A stretch of DNA of 64,000 bases from Mobula hypostoma (GCF_963921235.1 NC_086118.1:16618001-16682000), one strand, 5' to 3'. Positions 1-12,858 are shown, counted from the first letter of the stretch. Notes: generated by a model from the letters alone, not told the origin. Program-made: numbers and translations.

Positions 1-1260
1 TTCTAGGCCAGTTAGTCTAGGTTGGGAAGATTTTGGAGTCAATTGTTCAGGGTACTTGGAGGCACATGATAAAATAGGCCAAAGTGAGCATGGTTTCCTC
101 ATGGGAAAAGCCTTGCCTGATAAAGCTGCTGGAATTCTTTGAGGAAGTGACAAGAAGGATAGACAAAGGAGAATCGGTGAATGTTGTGTACTTGGATTTT
201 CAGAAGGCCTTTGACAAGGTGCCGCACATGTGGTATTACAGGAAAGATACTAGCATGGATGGAGCAGAGGCTGATTGGTAGAAGGCGAAGAATGGGAATA
301 AAGGGAGCTTTTTCTGGTTGTCTGCCCATGACCAGTGTGTTTCACAGGAGTCAGTGTTGGGACCACATTTTTTTTTGTTATATGTCAATGATCTAGATGA
401 CAGAATTGATGGCTTTGTGGCTAAGTTTGTGGACAATACGAAGAGGTGGAGGGGCAGGTAGTGCTGAAGAAGCAGGGAGGCTGCAGAAGGATGTAGACAG
501 ATTAGGGAATTGGCAAAGAAGGCAGATGGAATACAATGTCGGTAAATGTATGGTCTTAGACTTTGATAGAAGAAATAAAAGTGTAGACTGTTTTCTAAAT
601 GGAGAGAAAATTAAAAAATTCAAGGTGCAAAGGAACTTGGGAGTCCTCGTGCAGGATTCCCTAAAGGTTAAGTTGCAGTTGAGTTGGTGGTAAGGAAGGC
701 AAATGCAATATTAGCATTCATTTCGAGAGGACTAGAATCTAAAAGCAATAATAAAATGTTGAGGCTTTGTAAGACATTGGTCAGAAAGCACTTGAATATT
801 CTGAGCAGTTTTGGGCCCCTTATCTAAGAAAGGAAGTGCTGACATTGCAGAGGGTTTAGAAGAGGTTCATGAGAATGATTTCAGAAATGAAAGTGTTGCC
901 AGATGAGGACCGATTGATGGCTCTGGTATCTCATTGAAACCTATTAAATGATGAAAGGCCTTGACAGAGTTGATGTGGATAAGATGTGTCCTATTGTGGG
1001 GGAGTCTAGGACCAGAGGCTACAGTCTCAGAATAGAGGGACCTCCATTTAGAATAGAGATGAGGAGTAATTTCTGTAGCCAGAGAGTGGTGAATCTATGG
1101 ATTCATTGCCATAGGTGGCTTTGGAGGCCAAATTATTGAGTATATTTTTCAGCAGAGGTTGATAGGTTCTTAATTAGTCATGGTATGAAGGATTATGGGG
1201 ATGAAATGGTGGAGCAGACTCGATGGGCCAAATGGCATAATTCTGCTCCCATATCTTATG
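1..1260 (+). mobile_element. CR1 LINE, degenerate 3' part (RT domain to 3' tail)
   Basis: Broken ORFs give CLIKLLEFFEEVT..VYLDFQKAFDKVPH, RLQKDVDRLG, FCSQRVVNLW; CR1-type tail ends ...attctgctcccatatcttatg. Confidence 0.93.
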
Positions 1261-1269
1261 AATAAGCAC

Positions 1270-1420
1270 CCAAATTCTGCCACCCACCAACACACAAGGG
1301 ACAATTTACAGCAGCTGGTTAACCTACCATGTTTTTGGGGCATGGGAGGAAACTGGGGCATCTGGAGAATGTGCAAACTCCATGCAGTCATCTCTGAAGG
1401 TTAAGACTGAACTCTGACAT
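1270..1420 (-). mobile_element. V-SINE (HE1-like) fragment
   Basis: Reverse complement contains ggagtttgcacattctcc..ccagtttcctccca..ggtaggttaa..gtaaattgtccc, matching the V-domain of the copy at 16340-16607. Confidence 0.7.
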
Positions 1421-1884
1421 GTGAAGGAGTGCCATACTAGATGTGTTAATGAGCTGATTCTCATCTCAATGAGCCAAATATTTTTGATTCAGTTTTGTTC
1501 TGGGCATTAAAGTAGCTGGAATTCTGGGCTCAGAGGAAAACTGCACTTAAGTTTTTCAAAACTTGCATGATATCTGGTCATGAACAAGCAACAGTTACAG
1601 GCCACTGGGTAACCTGACTGAACTGGCACAGGAATTAGGTTAACACTGACTCTTAATAGAAAACCTTGATAGCTGGGTCCACTATTTTGCAATACCAGGG
1701 TCCCTCATACAGTCAGACATGGCTGCCAGGATTTTGAAACCATTGACAATGACAAGACTGAATGAAAATAGATTTTTATCCTTTACTAGAATTAAATCAA
1801 ATATATTCAATAGCACCATTGCACAAAAGGCAAATGATCATTCTTTAAATTTCTGTTTAAATTGTACACTTGCATTATAATTTT

Positions 1885-2510
1885 TAGATCATGAAGATAC
1901 ACAGTCCTCTTTTATTGTCATTTAGCAATGCATGCATTAAGAAATGATACATTATTTCCTCCGGTGTGATATCACAAAACACAGGACAGACCAAGACTGA
2001 AAAAACTGGCAAAACCACATAACTATAACATATAGTTACAACAGTGTAACAATACCATAACTTGATGAAGAAGTCCATGAGCACAGTAAAAGTTCAAAGT
2101 CTCTCAAATGTCCCACATCTCACGCAGACGGGAGAAGGAAGAAAAACTCTCCTGCCATGCCCCACCACAATCTGACTCTGAGTCATCCGAAAACTTTGAG
2201 CCTCCGAATCAGCTCTCCAACACCGAGTACTGAGCGCCATCTCTGTCCGAACGATTCGACCTCAATCTTGGTCCCCAACAGCAGGCAAAGCCGGGGATTT
2301 TGAGGCCTACCCTCCGAAAGATTCCTGACCACGCAGTAACGACAGCAGCGAACAAGCGTTTCAGAAATTTCTCCAGATATTCCTCTGTGCTTTCACGTCT
2401 ATCTCCATCAAATCAGAATTGTCCATGGCCCCTATTTAACGGATACAATATCATTTTTCACCGGAGGGCTGTGCACGCATGGTGCGCTGCTCTCTCTCCT
2501 CCCGCCGTTT
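1885..2510 (-). mobile_element. Non-coding interspersed element with a LINE-like (Rex1/Babar-type) 3' tail
   Basis: CpG-rich relative to flanks. Minus strand ends ...tgacaataaa, like the Rex1 tail at ~42006-42016. No coding signature. Confidence 0.55.
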
Positions 2511-2569
2511 CTGAGCTTTAATTGAGTGTAGATATAAAACCAAGACCTTGACTGTTGGTAGTTTGTGAG

Positions 2570-2650
2570 CAAGGGTTCCCAACTTGGGGTCCACAGACCA
2601 CTTGCTTACTGGTCTTGGTCCAAGGCATAAAAAAAGGTTGGGAACCCCTG
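2570..2650. mobile_element. hAT-type MITE, 81 bp
   Basis: TIRs caagggttcccaac / gttgggaacccctg (13/14 match). 8-bp TSD tttgtgag (2562-2569) / tctgtgag (2651-2658). Confidence 0.8.
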
Positions 2651-3349
2651 TCTGTGAGAAAAGTTCAGAACCTTTGGCTTGTGATAGCTATGGTGATTCC
2701 ATATTGATGCAGTCTGGAGCTAATCCTCCTGTTGTGTTACATCCTGCAGGGATTAATTCCATAGGTGGATATCATGCATATGACATCTTGATACAGGGAT
2801 TCTTAAATATGTACCAGTCGGTTAGGAACAGTGCAGAGTGAGAACCCCATGCTAATTATAGCATATAGACATTTCTGTTGGGAATGTGGGATTTCAATAC
2901 TTGTTGTTAATTAGTTAATCTTCTATTGAGCATATTGTGATGAATGACTGCACATAATGATCCAGAATCTTTGAACACTATTGTATTTCCACAGCATTCA
3001 CTTTAAGTTCATTTTAAAGTTTTCTCTTGACTTGATAGGCAATTTGTTGTGGCACTGTATTGTTACCGCAAACAATTTTTAAAATGACGAATTATTTTCT
3101 TAAATGCTTTTATCACTGAGATGGCTTCAGCTTTGGTCTCCCTTTTGTTGAAAAGCATGATTTAATATGTGTACACTGTCAGAGTACTGATTTACACGGT
3201 AATTGGAAATTATTTGAAGGTCATAAATCCTTTCAAGCTAGCACTGTTTCATTCTTATAAAGGAACACAGTAATCAAGTGGCAACATTTTTACCACAGAT
3301 TTAGCCATCTCTAACAAGAGGGTGACTACACAGCTATTTGACTTTCAAC

Positions 3350-3990
3350 CGCATTAACATTGCTGAATCGAGCACCAGTCATAGCTTGGGATCACCATTG
3401 TTCAGAAGCTCAACTGGACCACCTGCGTAAACTTTGTTGCACAAGAACAAGTTGGAGGCTTGGATTCTGTGATGAGCTATTCTTCCTAACGTTCCAAACA
3501 CTTTTCCACCACTTGAAGGACTGACGGAAGACATGTGATGGAATAGTCCGTGCACGTCTGATGAATTGAGCTTCAACAGCTCCTTGGAAGCATGACACCA
3601 TGCAGAATGAAGCAGCTCATTTGAATGGCAGTCCATCAACTGCCCTGAACATTCATTCCTTCCACAACAGTTCATATGGCCATCTACAAAATGCACTGTG
3701 GTTTCACATTGAGTCAACACCAGCACCACCCAAATTTGTGACCTCTACCACCAAGAAAGACAAGGATAACCAGTGCACTCCTCAAGTCACACACCACCCA
3801 TATTTGGAAACTTGTTGGAAATTGCCATGTCTTAATCTGGGAACTCCTCGCCCTACAGTACCCTGGAAGCAACTTCAGAACGAATGTGTGGTTCATGAAG
3901 GCAGCTCACTATGAGCTTCTCAAGGAAGATTTTGGATGGGAATAATTGCTGGCCTTGCCACTGACAGATCACAGAAATGAATAAAAAAGG
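3350..3990 (+). mobile_element. Old CR1/L2-group LINE 3' fragment
   Basis: Ends gaaggcagctcact..ttctcaagg..gatggg..gctggccttgcca..gaatgaataaaaaa. The same family lies on the minus strand around the Gypsy element. Confidence 0.6.
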
Positions 3991-4124
3991 ACCAATTTAA
4001 AAGTAATAAATTTTCTCACATTTAACATCCATTTTAAGAGATAAACTTTAGAATTAGACAGGGACATAAAATGTAAAGTTGCTTCATTAGATATAAAATC
4101 TATCTGTCTCACCAAGTTCAAACA

Positions 4125-4440
4125 ATCTGATCCAGGCCACGCTCTCTTCTCGCTTCTGCCATCGGGTAGAAGGTACAGGTACCTCAGGACTCACACAACC
4201 AGGTTCAAGAACAGTTACTACCCCTCAACTATCAGGCTCTTGAACAAAAGACGATAGCTACACTCATTTAAAGACTCTGCTATATTGTTATTTCACGCTT
4301 GTTATTTTTTGCTATTTATTTATGTCTGCATTTGCAGTTTGTTTACAGTTTATAGTTCCTGATGTTTACAATTTACTGTTACTTTTCTATAGATTTAATA
4401 AATATGCCCACAGAAAAAAAATCTCAGGGTTGTATGTGGC
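4125..4440 (+). mobile_element. Rex1/Babar LINE 3' end
   Basis: Encodes PGHALFSLLPSGRRYRYLRTHTTRFKNSYYPSTIRLLN, followed by an AT-rich 3' UTR. Confidence 0.85.
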
Positions 4441-4951
4441 AATCCATTAGATTTTGACAAATGCCCTTAAAATGACAGAACATTTCTGCTGACAGTGACT
4501 ATGGAATGTTTCTGTGAATATTTCAATGAAGTAGAGTGGAAGACCGGGAAGCTGCTGCAATTTTCTTTCTCCAAACAACACTGTAGAGAATCTGATGACC
4601 AATCACCAACCTCCATCCTCATACTGCAAACTGTACAACAGGCAAAACTTTAGTGTGTTTCAGTTAACATCAGATGAAAATGTAGGTACAGTAAATATGC
4701 AGTAAGTGACTGGAATTGACCAAAGTTCTTGTCTGATTATGGAAAGAGATCATTGTACTGCCTATCTATCCAATAGCAAGGGTAACTCTACGAAATTAAA
4801 GATCACTATCTTATGCTCTTCTACATTACAATGAAAATGTCATATATGTTATAGAAACACTTTCATTTGCTAGCTAATGGAACCCATTGCAACTACTGAA
4901 TTTTCTAAAACACTTCTTACTTTTTAACTTGTTATTTTTTGTATTTTTTTT

Positions 4952-5817
4952 CACGGTAACACGTCTAAGCTGCACCCTCTCTAACGTGCTGGTAGAGAGA
5001 GTTTTATTTGGATTTTTAGCGCTGGAAATAGTTACATCCCGACACACGGGACAGAAGCATGGTCGCAGTGTCTATTCCAGGGACCAGCTGCTTGCGCTTA
5101 TGCCGGCCGGTTTAGCGAGCAGAGTGGCGGACACCCCTGCTGCAATCTGGAGGAAAACACACAGAGGATGCAGAGGGGGATCACAAAGTCGAGGAAAGAG
5201 GACCGGGTCGAGACAACAGAGACTTATGGAGAAGAGGAGTTTGGTGGGTAATAAAATGAACGAGTTCACGGTGCTAGCCAAACGTCACAGAACATTTCGG
5301 GAGTGCAGTACTATGTGTTTCACTGGAACGGGGCTGCACGAGGTCATACCCAATCAAAACTTCTCCATGAACGGCTTCCAGACCGTTCCTGCTGACCAGA
5401 AGTGCACTGGGAGTGGTAAGCATAAAGGAGTTGGGTGCTTACTATTCTGGTTAACAACAGATGGTGCAATCCTGGTCATATTACGATCGAGGAACGTGTT
5501 TGTAGACCGGATATTGAACTTTTTACTGTTGGACTTTGGCCACATTCCACCGAGATTCAACACTGGGCGGCACGGGAGGTCGTTCCTGCCTGTGGTCATC
5601 AAACTTGCAGCTCCTCCTGTGGAGGGTCAGACACCCTGAGCCAATAGACTAGTCCTGGACTTTTTCCATCCGGCATAGTTTGCATTTTGTTGTTTGATTG
5701 TTTGTGGCTTTTGTATTGCTGTATTTATGCTCTATTCTTGGTTGGTGCGGCTGTAACGAAACCCAATTTCCCTCGGGATCAATAAAGTATATCTATCTAT
5801 CTATCTATCTATCTATC
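4952..5817 (+). mobile_element. Internally deleted Rex1/Babar element: 5' end and endonuclease start fused to the extreme 3' end
   Basis: YSRDQLLAL, RGCRGG, NKMNEF, MCFTGTGL, SGKHKG, VNNRWC..PDIELF (AP-endonuclease motifs) join at ~5542 to IPPRFNTGRHGRSFLPV (C-terminus). AATAAA at 5781, (ATCT)n tail at 5791-5817. Confidence 0.85.
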
Positions 5818-6362
5818 AAATGACTCTACTGTAACGATACTGAATTTTGCTGATTTACTTTTTAAATTAACACCTCTTATTTCATTTGAGTCCAGACTTT
5901 ATTCTTAAAGCAATATTATTGATTAGGTGGAAACAGTTTTGTGCTGATTCCATTTTACCAGGCAGCAATGTGTAATAGGAATGTTAATCAAGAATTCCCT
6001 CTTGCTTCATTGGCCATCAGCTAATTTAAAGGGATGTAAAACTATGGACTTCTTACACACAGCTGTCTGGCCAGCATTCTGTGTGGTTTTGTTCTTTTCT
6101 TTTCTACCAAGACATTAACTCATTTCAACATCTCTCTTGTCGTAGGATCGTTGTTATTTGCCTAGAGTTAAGCCTCCTTTTTTATGTGTCATACTGTTCC
6201 CATGTGATCTCACAACATCATCGTCCTTACTAAGGCATTTGAAACTTACGTCATGTCTTCATATCACTCCATGCCTTATTCCACCCGATCTCCATGCATT
6301 TTGTGTCATATGCTATTAATCAGATCCCTTCATCCGCTACAAGTGGAGATTTTTATTTAAGT

Positions 6363-6494
6363 TGCAGATGGTGGGAATTGAAATGAAAACAGAAAATGCT
6401 CAAACACTCAGTGGGCCAGACAGCATCTACTAAATGACTTCATTCCACAAATGCTACTTGATCTGCTGAGCGTTTCCACCATTTTCTGCTTTTA
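6363..6494. mobile_element. Old fold-back PLE-terminus fragment
   Basis: aacagaaaatgctcaaacactcag..cagcatct is followed by its diverged reverse complement atgct..ctgctgagcgtttccaccattttctg. Confidence 0.65.
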
Positions 6495-6497
6495 CTC

Positions 6498-7030
6498 TTT
6501 TTTTTTATATCATTCAAATTTTTATTATTATTTATTCTTATTTTACAAAGCAGCACAGCATATCATAGAGCAGATAGAGTACAGCATATTTACACAGCCA
6601 TCCCATGACAGGAAAACAAGTAAAACATAGATACAGAAAGAAGTTCTAATTTAAGTTAAAATTAACATACAACCAAAATTGATCCCACGCATCTTGCACT
6701 TTTCCCTCACTGTTAATTCTTCCCAACATGTGTTCATATGATGAAATCTTAATCATTTCCTCAGTCCATTCCTTAACAGTGGGACTTCGGGTTTTTTCCA
6801 GTTTTGCAATATAACTCTTGCAACTGTGATGAGACCCGCCTTTAAAATAGTAAATTTGGCATTGTTTACATTAGGTATCATTGTCCTATCACCTAAGAGA
6901 CAAAGCCGTGGGCACAAGGGCAGTGTGGAACCTGACCAATCAAGAACTTTACAACAAAATGGACAAACCATGGAACACTCCCAGCTCTTACTCTTTATCT
7001 GCTCTACTCTGGTCCTTGCATCCTAAGTTA
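6498..7030 (-). mobile_element. L1/Tx1-type LINE 3' fragment
   Basis: Minus ORF ..PLCPRLCLLGD..AGLITVARVILQNWKKPEVP resembles the L1/Tx1 ORF2 C-terminus. Poly-T (poly-A tail) at ~6498-6506. Confidence 0.7.
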
Positions 7031-7534
7031 CCTTGATTTTTTTTCTCATTTGAAGACCCACAATTTCCTCAGAGGCTTTGTTTACCCCGTGCTTTCTCCC
7101 AGTGTCTAACATTCATTCTTTATGATTCTGTTGCCATTAGGGTCAATAGTGTACAATAAAATTTGTTGTTCCCATTCTGTAGCTGATATGTGGTCTTGAT
7201 TTGCGTGACTATTGAGAGCAGAGGGTTGTGGAATTTGAAATAAAAAGTTACAGAAACCATGATTTCTTAAGTACCTTTCAAATATGTCTCATTGACTCAC
7301 AGTCACCCAAGTTAGCCACAAGCCTCTCATGAATTCTTTGCTGGGAAATATTCAATTTACCAACTAATTCAATTGCCAGCAGTCTTTCAATTGCACAGTC
7401 TTCTAAGAGGGCACTCAGTTGAGAAGGAACACACCTGGAGACTGGTACAGATGAATTGAACCCTGTACTACTTTAGCTGTTTCCCCCACTCATGTATGTG
7501 CCCTTGTCCCTACCCATTATGGACAAGCAGACTA

Positions 7535-7625
7535 ACTTGTTTTGTGGCTGCCTGTAAGCAGACAAATCTCAAGGTTGTATAATTTATAGATACTTTGATA
7601 ATAAATGTACTTCGAACCTTGAACT
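7535..7625 (+). mobile_element. Isolated Rex1-type 3' tail
   Basis: aatctcaaggttgtataat..gataataaatgtactt..gaaccttgaac, also present at 29310-29367. Confidence 0.6.
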
Positions 7626-8977
7626 TATTATGAAGTAGGTCGCAGTAAGACCATTCACCAGAGCTCTGTAAAACCTGTTACTCAATAGCTTCCAAATTGC
7701 AACAAAAATATTTCCACAAACATGTTATAGTTTTGCTATTAAATTTAAATAGAATTGTGCGTGGGGTGGGGGAGATGTCGGATAGCAGCAGCATATTCTT
7801 AAGAATTCCAAATGAACAGAGTTTGCTAAATAATCACTTGATTAGTGTAAACAATTACTACAAATAATTAAAAAGACTAATTCTGAAGTTTGGGATCTGC
7901 TATTTTTTTTTATCACTTCACTACACAACCCACCGCAGATACTTATGAAGTATTGCATTCTAATGTTTCAAACCTGCTCAAAATTTTCAAGGCACTAAGT
8001 TTAGCAGTAACTAATGTTTTGGACCTTCCTTGTGTAAAGTCCAGAATAAAATAAATAATGAGAAAGATTTCAATATTACCATAAATGTTTAAATGAGCAA
8101 CAAAGCAGTGAAAATTTTCGAGACACACAAAACTTAAGAGTACGTTCCTACCAGTGCTATTCTAACTAATGCATGCATATTCAAAGGGTCTGTAGGCCTT
8201 GCAGTTCAGATATTGTCCCATCACTTGGGAAGATCAACACTTGGGAATAGACCTGCATTTTTATACCTGAGTGTAAAATAAACCACTTTAGTGACTATAA
8301 TCTGATTTTTGAAGAATCTTAAAATGGGGTATGTCTCATACACCATGGTGTAATTAGCCAGTCTATTAAAAGACTCTCCATATTATGTGACTGCCCAGTG
8401 ATTGTTGGATGTAATGAATGTCAGAACATGCTCCAGAGCTTGAATAGCGTCTGCCTGCCCCTATGTGTTATGCTCCTATATTAGATTTTTATCTGTTTAT
8501 TCCAGCGTTGTCTTCTGGCTGCTAAAAACAAATTTCCTAACCCTTTGAACCACCTCCTCAGCCTCATCCCTCAAAAGTTTGTGTCATTTTTTACCACTTA
8601 AGTTAAGGCCACCTAATCAGCTCCATTTGTCACACATCTGGGCAAATGCCTGAAGTGACCCTTGCCCTGCTCCAAACCATACCTTTCATATTTATTCTAA
8701 TGTTCTATATATCATTTCTGATTGTGTTTGACTCTGAGACGCATATCTTCATCCCACAAATCTATTCCCAGCAGTCCCAAGTCAGTAATTATCCTCTTTT
8801 ATATTCTTGTGTTCCTCTGTCCCAAAAGAAGAAAAAAAAACAGATCAGGTACAGGATACAATGGAAAGATTTTACAATACTTGTGTTTTGTGTAACAAGC
8901 TCCAGTCAGCCTTCTGTGTCATCGCACAAAGAGCTGATTCCCAGGTAGGAGTTGAGCTCCTTGCTTTTTATAAGGAA

Positions 8978-9317
8978 CTACTACTACTACTACGTCGACT
9001 CCGGCGTCTGGCACAATGATGGACTCACCACTTCTCCCTCTCCCTCATCAGTGTGTTCAGTTCATCTACACTAGCCGCGCCGCTGTCTTCTAGGAGCGTG
9101 TTGACCATAGTCTTGGGAGTGCGCCCAGGGTTCATCCTTCCATGCTTGGGCTCCCATATGATGACTAGGCTGGCAGGTAGCTCGGGGTGGTGTAGACAGT
9201 GCCCCGCTAGTTGCAGTCTTCTCGCCTCGATTTTAGTGGTGAGCATCAGTAGGTCGTCATACAGCTCGACGTTTGTCATGTGTTGTTGCCAACTGACGTC
9301 AAGAGCCATCAGGAGCA
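8978..9317 (-). mobile_element. RTE-group LINE, 5'-truncated, with TSD
   Basis: ALDVSWQQHMTNVELY..IEARRLQLAGHC..WEPKHG..GRTPKT. (CTA)5 tail at 8978-8993. Perfect 9-bp TSD tataaggaa at 8969-8977 and 9318-9326. Confidence 0.88.
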
Positions 9318-9599
9318 TATAAGGAAAGAGCTGTGTTTCAGCACCTGATGTGGCTGCTGATGTCGTCAGCCCAACCTCATCAGTCCTCCAATAATTCTTA
9401 GCAGGGCAAATGAAGAAAACCTGCATTACTTTGGGATGATTCAGAAGTATGTGTGGGTGAGCAGTGTTGCAGGAGGGATGTATTGTAAGGGTAGGTTGTT
9501 AATGGTCCGAGGTGTCTATTGTCATTTCTTCACCAGTGTTTCCTTTAAGGACTAGTGTTCAGCCTGCTGAATTTGGCCATCTATATTTTCAGATGGTAA

Positions 9600-12097
9600 T
9601 CAGGCTTGTCTATAAGGAATGACTGAGGTTATAATGGGTGACTTCAATCTACATGTAGACTGGGTGAACCAAATTGGTAAGGGTGCTGAGGAAGAGGATT
9701 TCTTGGAATGTATGCGGGATGGTTTTTTGAACCAACATGTCGAGGAACCAACTAGAGAGCAGGCTATTCTAGACTGGGTATGGAGCAATGAGGAAGGGTT
9801 AGTTAGCAATCTTGTTGTGCGAGGCCCTTTAGGTAAGAGTGACCATAATATGGTGGAATTCTTCATTAAGATGGAGAGTGACATAGTTAATTCAGTAACA
9901 AAGGTTCTGAACTTAAAGGAGGGTAACTTTGAAGGTATGAGACAGGAATTAGCTAAGATAGACTGGCAAATGATACTTAAAGGGTTGACGGTGGATATGC
10001 AATAGCAAGCATTTAAAGATCGCATGGATGAACTACAACAATTGTTCATCCCAGTTTGGCAAAAGAATAAACCAGGGAAGGTAGTGCACCCGTGGCTGAC
10101 AAGAGAAATTAGGGATAGTATCAATTCCAAAGAAGAAACATACAAATTAGCCAGAAAAAGCGGCACACCTGAGGACTGGGAGAAATTCAGAGTCCAGCAG
10201 AGGAGGACAAAGGGCTTAATTAGGAAAGGGAAAAAAGATCATGAGAGAAAGCTGGCAGGGAACATAAAAACTGATTGTAACAGCTTTTATAGATATGTGA
10301 AAAGAAAAAGATTGGTTAAGACAAATGTAGGTCCCTTACAGTCAGAAACAGGTGAATTGGTCATGGGGAACAAGGACATGGCAGACCAATTGAATAATTA
10401 CTTTGGTTCTGTCTTCACTAAGGAGGACATAAATAATCTTCCAGAAATAGTAGGGGACAGAGGGTCTACTGAGATGGAGGAACTGAGGGAAATACATGTT
10501 AGTAGGGAAGTGGTGTTAGGTAAATTGAAGGGATCGAAGGCAGATAAATCCCCCGGGCCAGATGGTCTGCATCCCAGAGTGCTTAAGGAAGTAGCACAAG
10601 AAATAATGGATGCATTAGTGATAATTTTTCAAAACTCTTTAAATTCTGGATTAGTTCCTGAGGATTGGAGGGTGGCTAATGTAACCCCGCTTTTTAAAAA
10701 AGGAAGGAGAGGGAAACCAGGGAATTATAGACCGGTAAGCCTGACATCGGTGGTGGGGAAAATGCTAGAGTCAGTTATCAAAGATGTGATAACAGCACAT
10801 TTGGAAAGCGGTGAAATCATCAGACGAAGTCAGCATGGATTTGTGAAAGGAAAATCATGTCTGATGAATCTCATAGAATTTTTGAGGATGTAACTAGGAG
10901 TGTGGATAGAGGAGAACCAGTGGATGTGGTATATTTGGATTTTCAAAAGGCTTTTGACAAGATCCCACACAGGAGATTAGTGTGCAAACTTAAAGCACAC
11001 GGTATTGGGGGTATGGTATTGATGTGGATAGAGAATTGGTTGGCAGACAGGAAGCAAAGAGTGGGAATAAACAGGATTTTTCAGAGTGGCAGGCAGTGAC
11101 GAGTGGGATACCGCAAGGCTCAGATGATGGAATTAAATGCAGCATCTCCAAGTTTGCGGATGACACGAAGCTGGGCGGCAGTGTTAGCTGTGAGGAGGAA
11201 GCTAAGAGGATGCAGGGTGACTTGGATAGGTTAGGTGAGTGGGCAAATTCATGGCAGATGCAATTTAATGTGGATAAATGTGAGGTTATTCACTTTGGTG
11301 GCAAGAACAGGAAAACAGATTATTATCTGAATGGTGGCCCATTAGGAAAAGGGGAGGTGCAATGAGACCTGGGTGTCATTATACACCAGTCATTGAAAGT
11401 GGGCATGCAGGTACAGCAGGCAGTGAAAAAGGCGAATGGTATGCTGGCATTCATAGCAAGAGGATTCGAGTACAGGAGCAGGGAGGTACTACTGCAGTTG
11501 AACAAGGCCTTGGTGAGACTACATCGAGAGTATTGTGTGCAGTTTTGGTCCCCTAATCTGAGGAAAGACATTCTTGCCCATAGAGGGAGTACAAAGAAGG
11601 TTCACCAGAACGATCCCTGGGATGGCAGGACTTTCATATGATGAAAGACTGGATCGGCTAGGCTTATACTCTCTGGAATTTAGAAGATTGAGAGGGGATC
11701 TTATTGAAACGTACAAAATTCTAAAGGGATTGGACAGGCTAAATACAGGAAGATTGTTCCCGATGTTGGGGAAGTCCAAAACGACGGGTCACAGTTTGAG
11801 GATAAAGGGAAAGCCTTTTGGGACCGAGATGAGGAAAAACCTCTTCACACAGAGTGTGGTAAATCTGTGGAATTCTCTGCCACAGGAAACAGTTGAGGCC
11901 AGTTCATTGGCTATATTTAAGAGAGAGTTAGATATGGCCCTTGTGGCTATGGGGATCAGGGGGTATGGAGGGAAGGCTGGTACAGGGTTCTGAGTTGGAT
12001 GATCAGCCATGATCATACTGAATGGCAGTGCAGGCTCGAAGGGTGGAATGGCCTACTCTTGCACCTATTTTCTATGTTTCTATGTTTCTATGTTTCT
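9600..12097 (+). mobile_element. CR1 LINE, ~2.5 kb, truncated in the endonuclease domain; ORF2 has stops, frameshifts and a deletion near 11122
   Basis: IMGDFN, LGKSDH (endonuclease); KSPGPDG, NYRPVSLTS, SQHGF, YLDFQKAFD, SKFADD (RT); (TTTCTATG)3 tail. Confidence 0.97.
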
Positions 12098-12121
12098 CTG
12101 ACTGTGGTCTTAGGTCTCTGG

Positions 12122-12415
12122 TCATCTGAGCAGCATCTGTGGGAGTGGAGGAAAAGAGCTGTGATGTTTCATTGAAACCCTGCATCAGAATTGAGAGTGG
12201 AGAGGCGTGATGGCCAATATAAAGAGGAGAAGAAGACTGATGAGTGCCAGTGTAGGGCAGTGGCAGCAATGCCCTCTGCAGTCTCAGTGCTGATGCAGGG
12301 TTTCAACCTGAAACATTGACAATTCCCTTTCAGCAATAGATGCTGCTTGACCTGCTGAGCTCCTCCAACAGATCACTTGTTGCTCCAGATTCCAGCATCT
12401 GCAGTCTATCTGTCT
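12122..12415. mobile_element. Old fold-back PLE-terminus pair with two decayed hammerhead cores
   Basis: Minus copy gatgtttcattgaaaccctgcatcag (~12163-12188) faces plus copy ctgatgcagggtttcaacctgaaacattgac (12290-12320), then gatgctgcttgacctgctgag..ccagcatctgcag. Confidence 0.7.
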
Positions 12416-12544
12416 CTAACAACCTTGTACCAATTTTACAGCATGCAAATGGGATCTGAATTTAATATTACTTTTAATCTTTAGTCAACATTTATCAGTA
12501 AGAAGTAATTCTTTTTCAGGATTAGCAAAACAGGGAGATGAATT

Positions 12545-12831
12545 GTGTAGCTGCTGCCTCACGGCTCCAGGGACCCAGGCTCAGTCTGCCTTGGGCTGCT
12601 GCCTCTGGAGAATATGCGTGTTCTCCCTTTGACTGCATGGGTTGTCTCCCACATCCCAAAAGTGAGAGAGCCAGCTGGTTAACTGACTTCTGTTCAGCCC
12701 TGGGAAGATGAGGGAGTTGATGAGAATGTAGGGGAATAAAACAGGTCAGTGTAAGATTAATGTGGTAGGGTGGTTGATGGTCAGACCAGACACAGTGAGC
12801 TAAAGGGTCTTTGTGCTGTATTTCTCTATGT
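12545..12831 (+). mobile_element. V-SINE (HE1-like) with CR1-derived tail
   Basis: tRNA-like head gctgctgcctcacggctccagggacccagg, V-domain remnant, tail aagggtctttgtgctgtatttctctatg. Confidence 0.7.
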
Positions 12832-12858
12832 CTCAGGTTTGAAGATCCATGATTGAAC

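Noticed and set aside
4887..5639. 250-aa ORF with hydrophobic N-terminus as a host membrane protein
   Set aside because: The hydrophobic start comes from a T-rich flank. The rest is Rex1/Babar sequence read across a frameshift and a deletion.
9611..9619. Third tataaggaa near the CR1 5' end as part of the RTE duplication
   Set aside because: Not repeated at the CR1 3' end; treated as coincidence.
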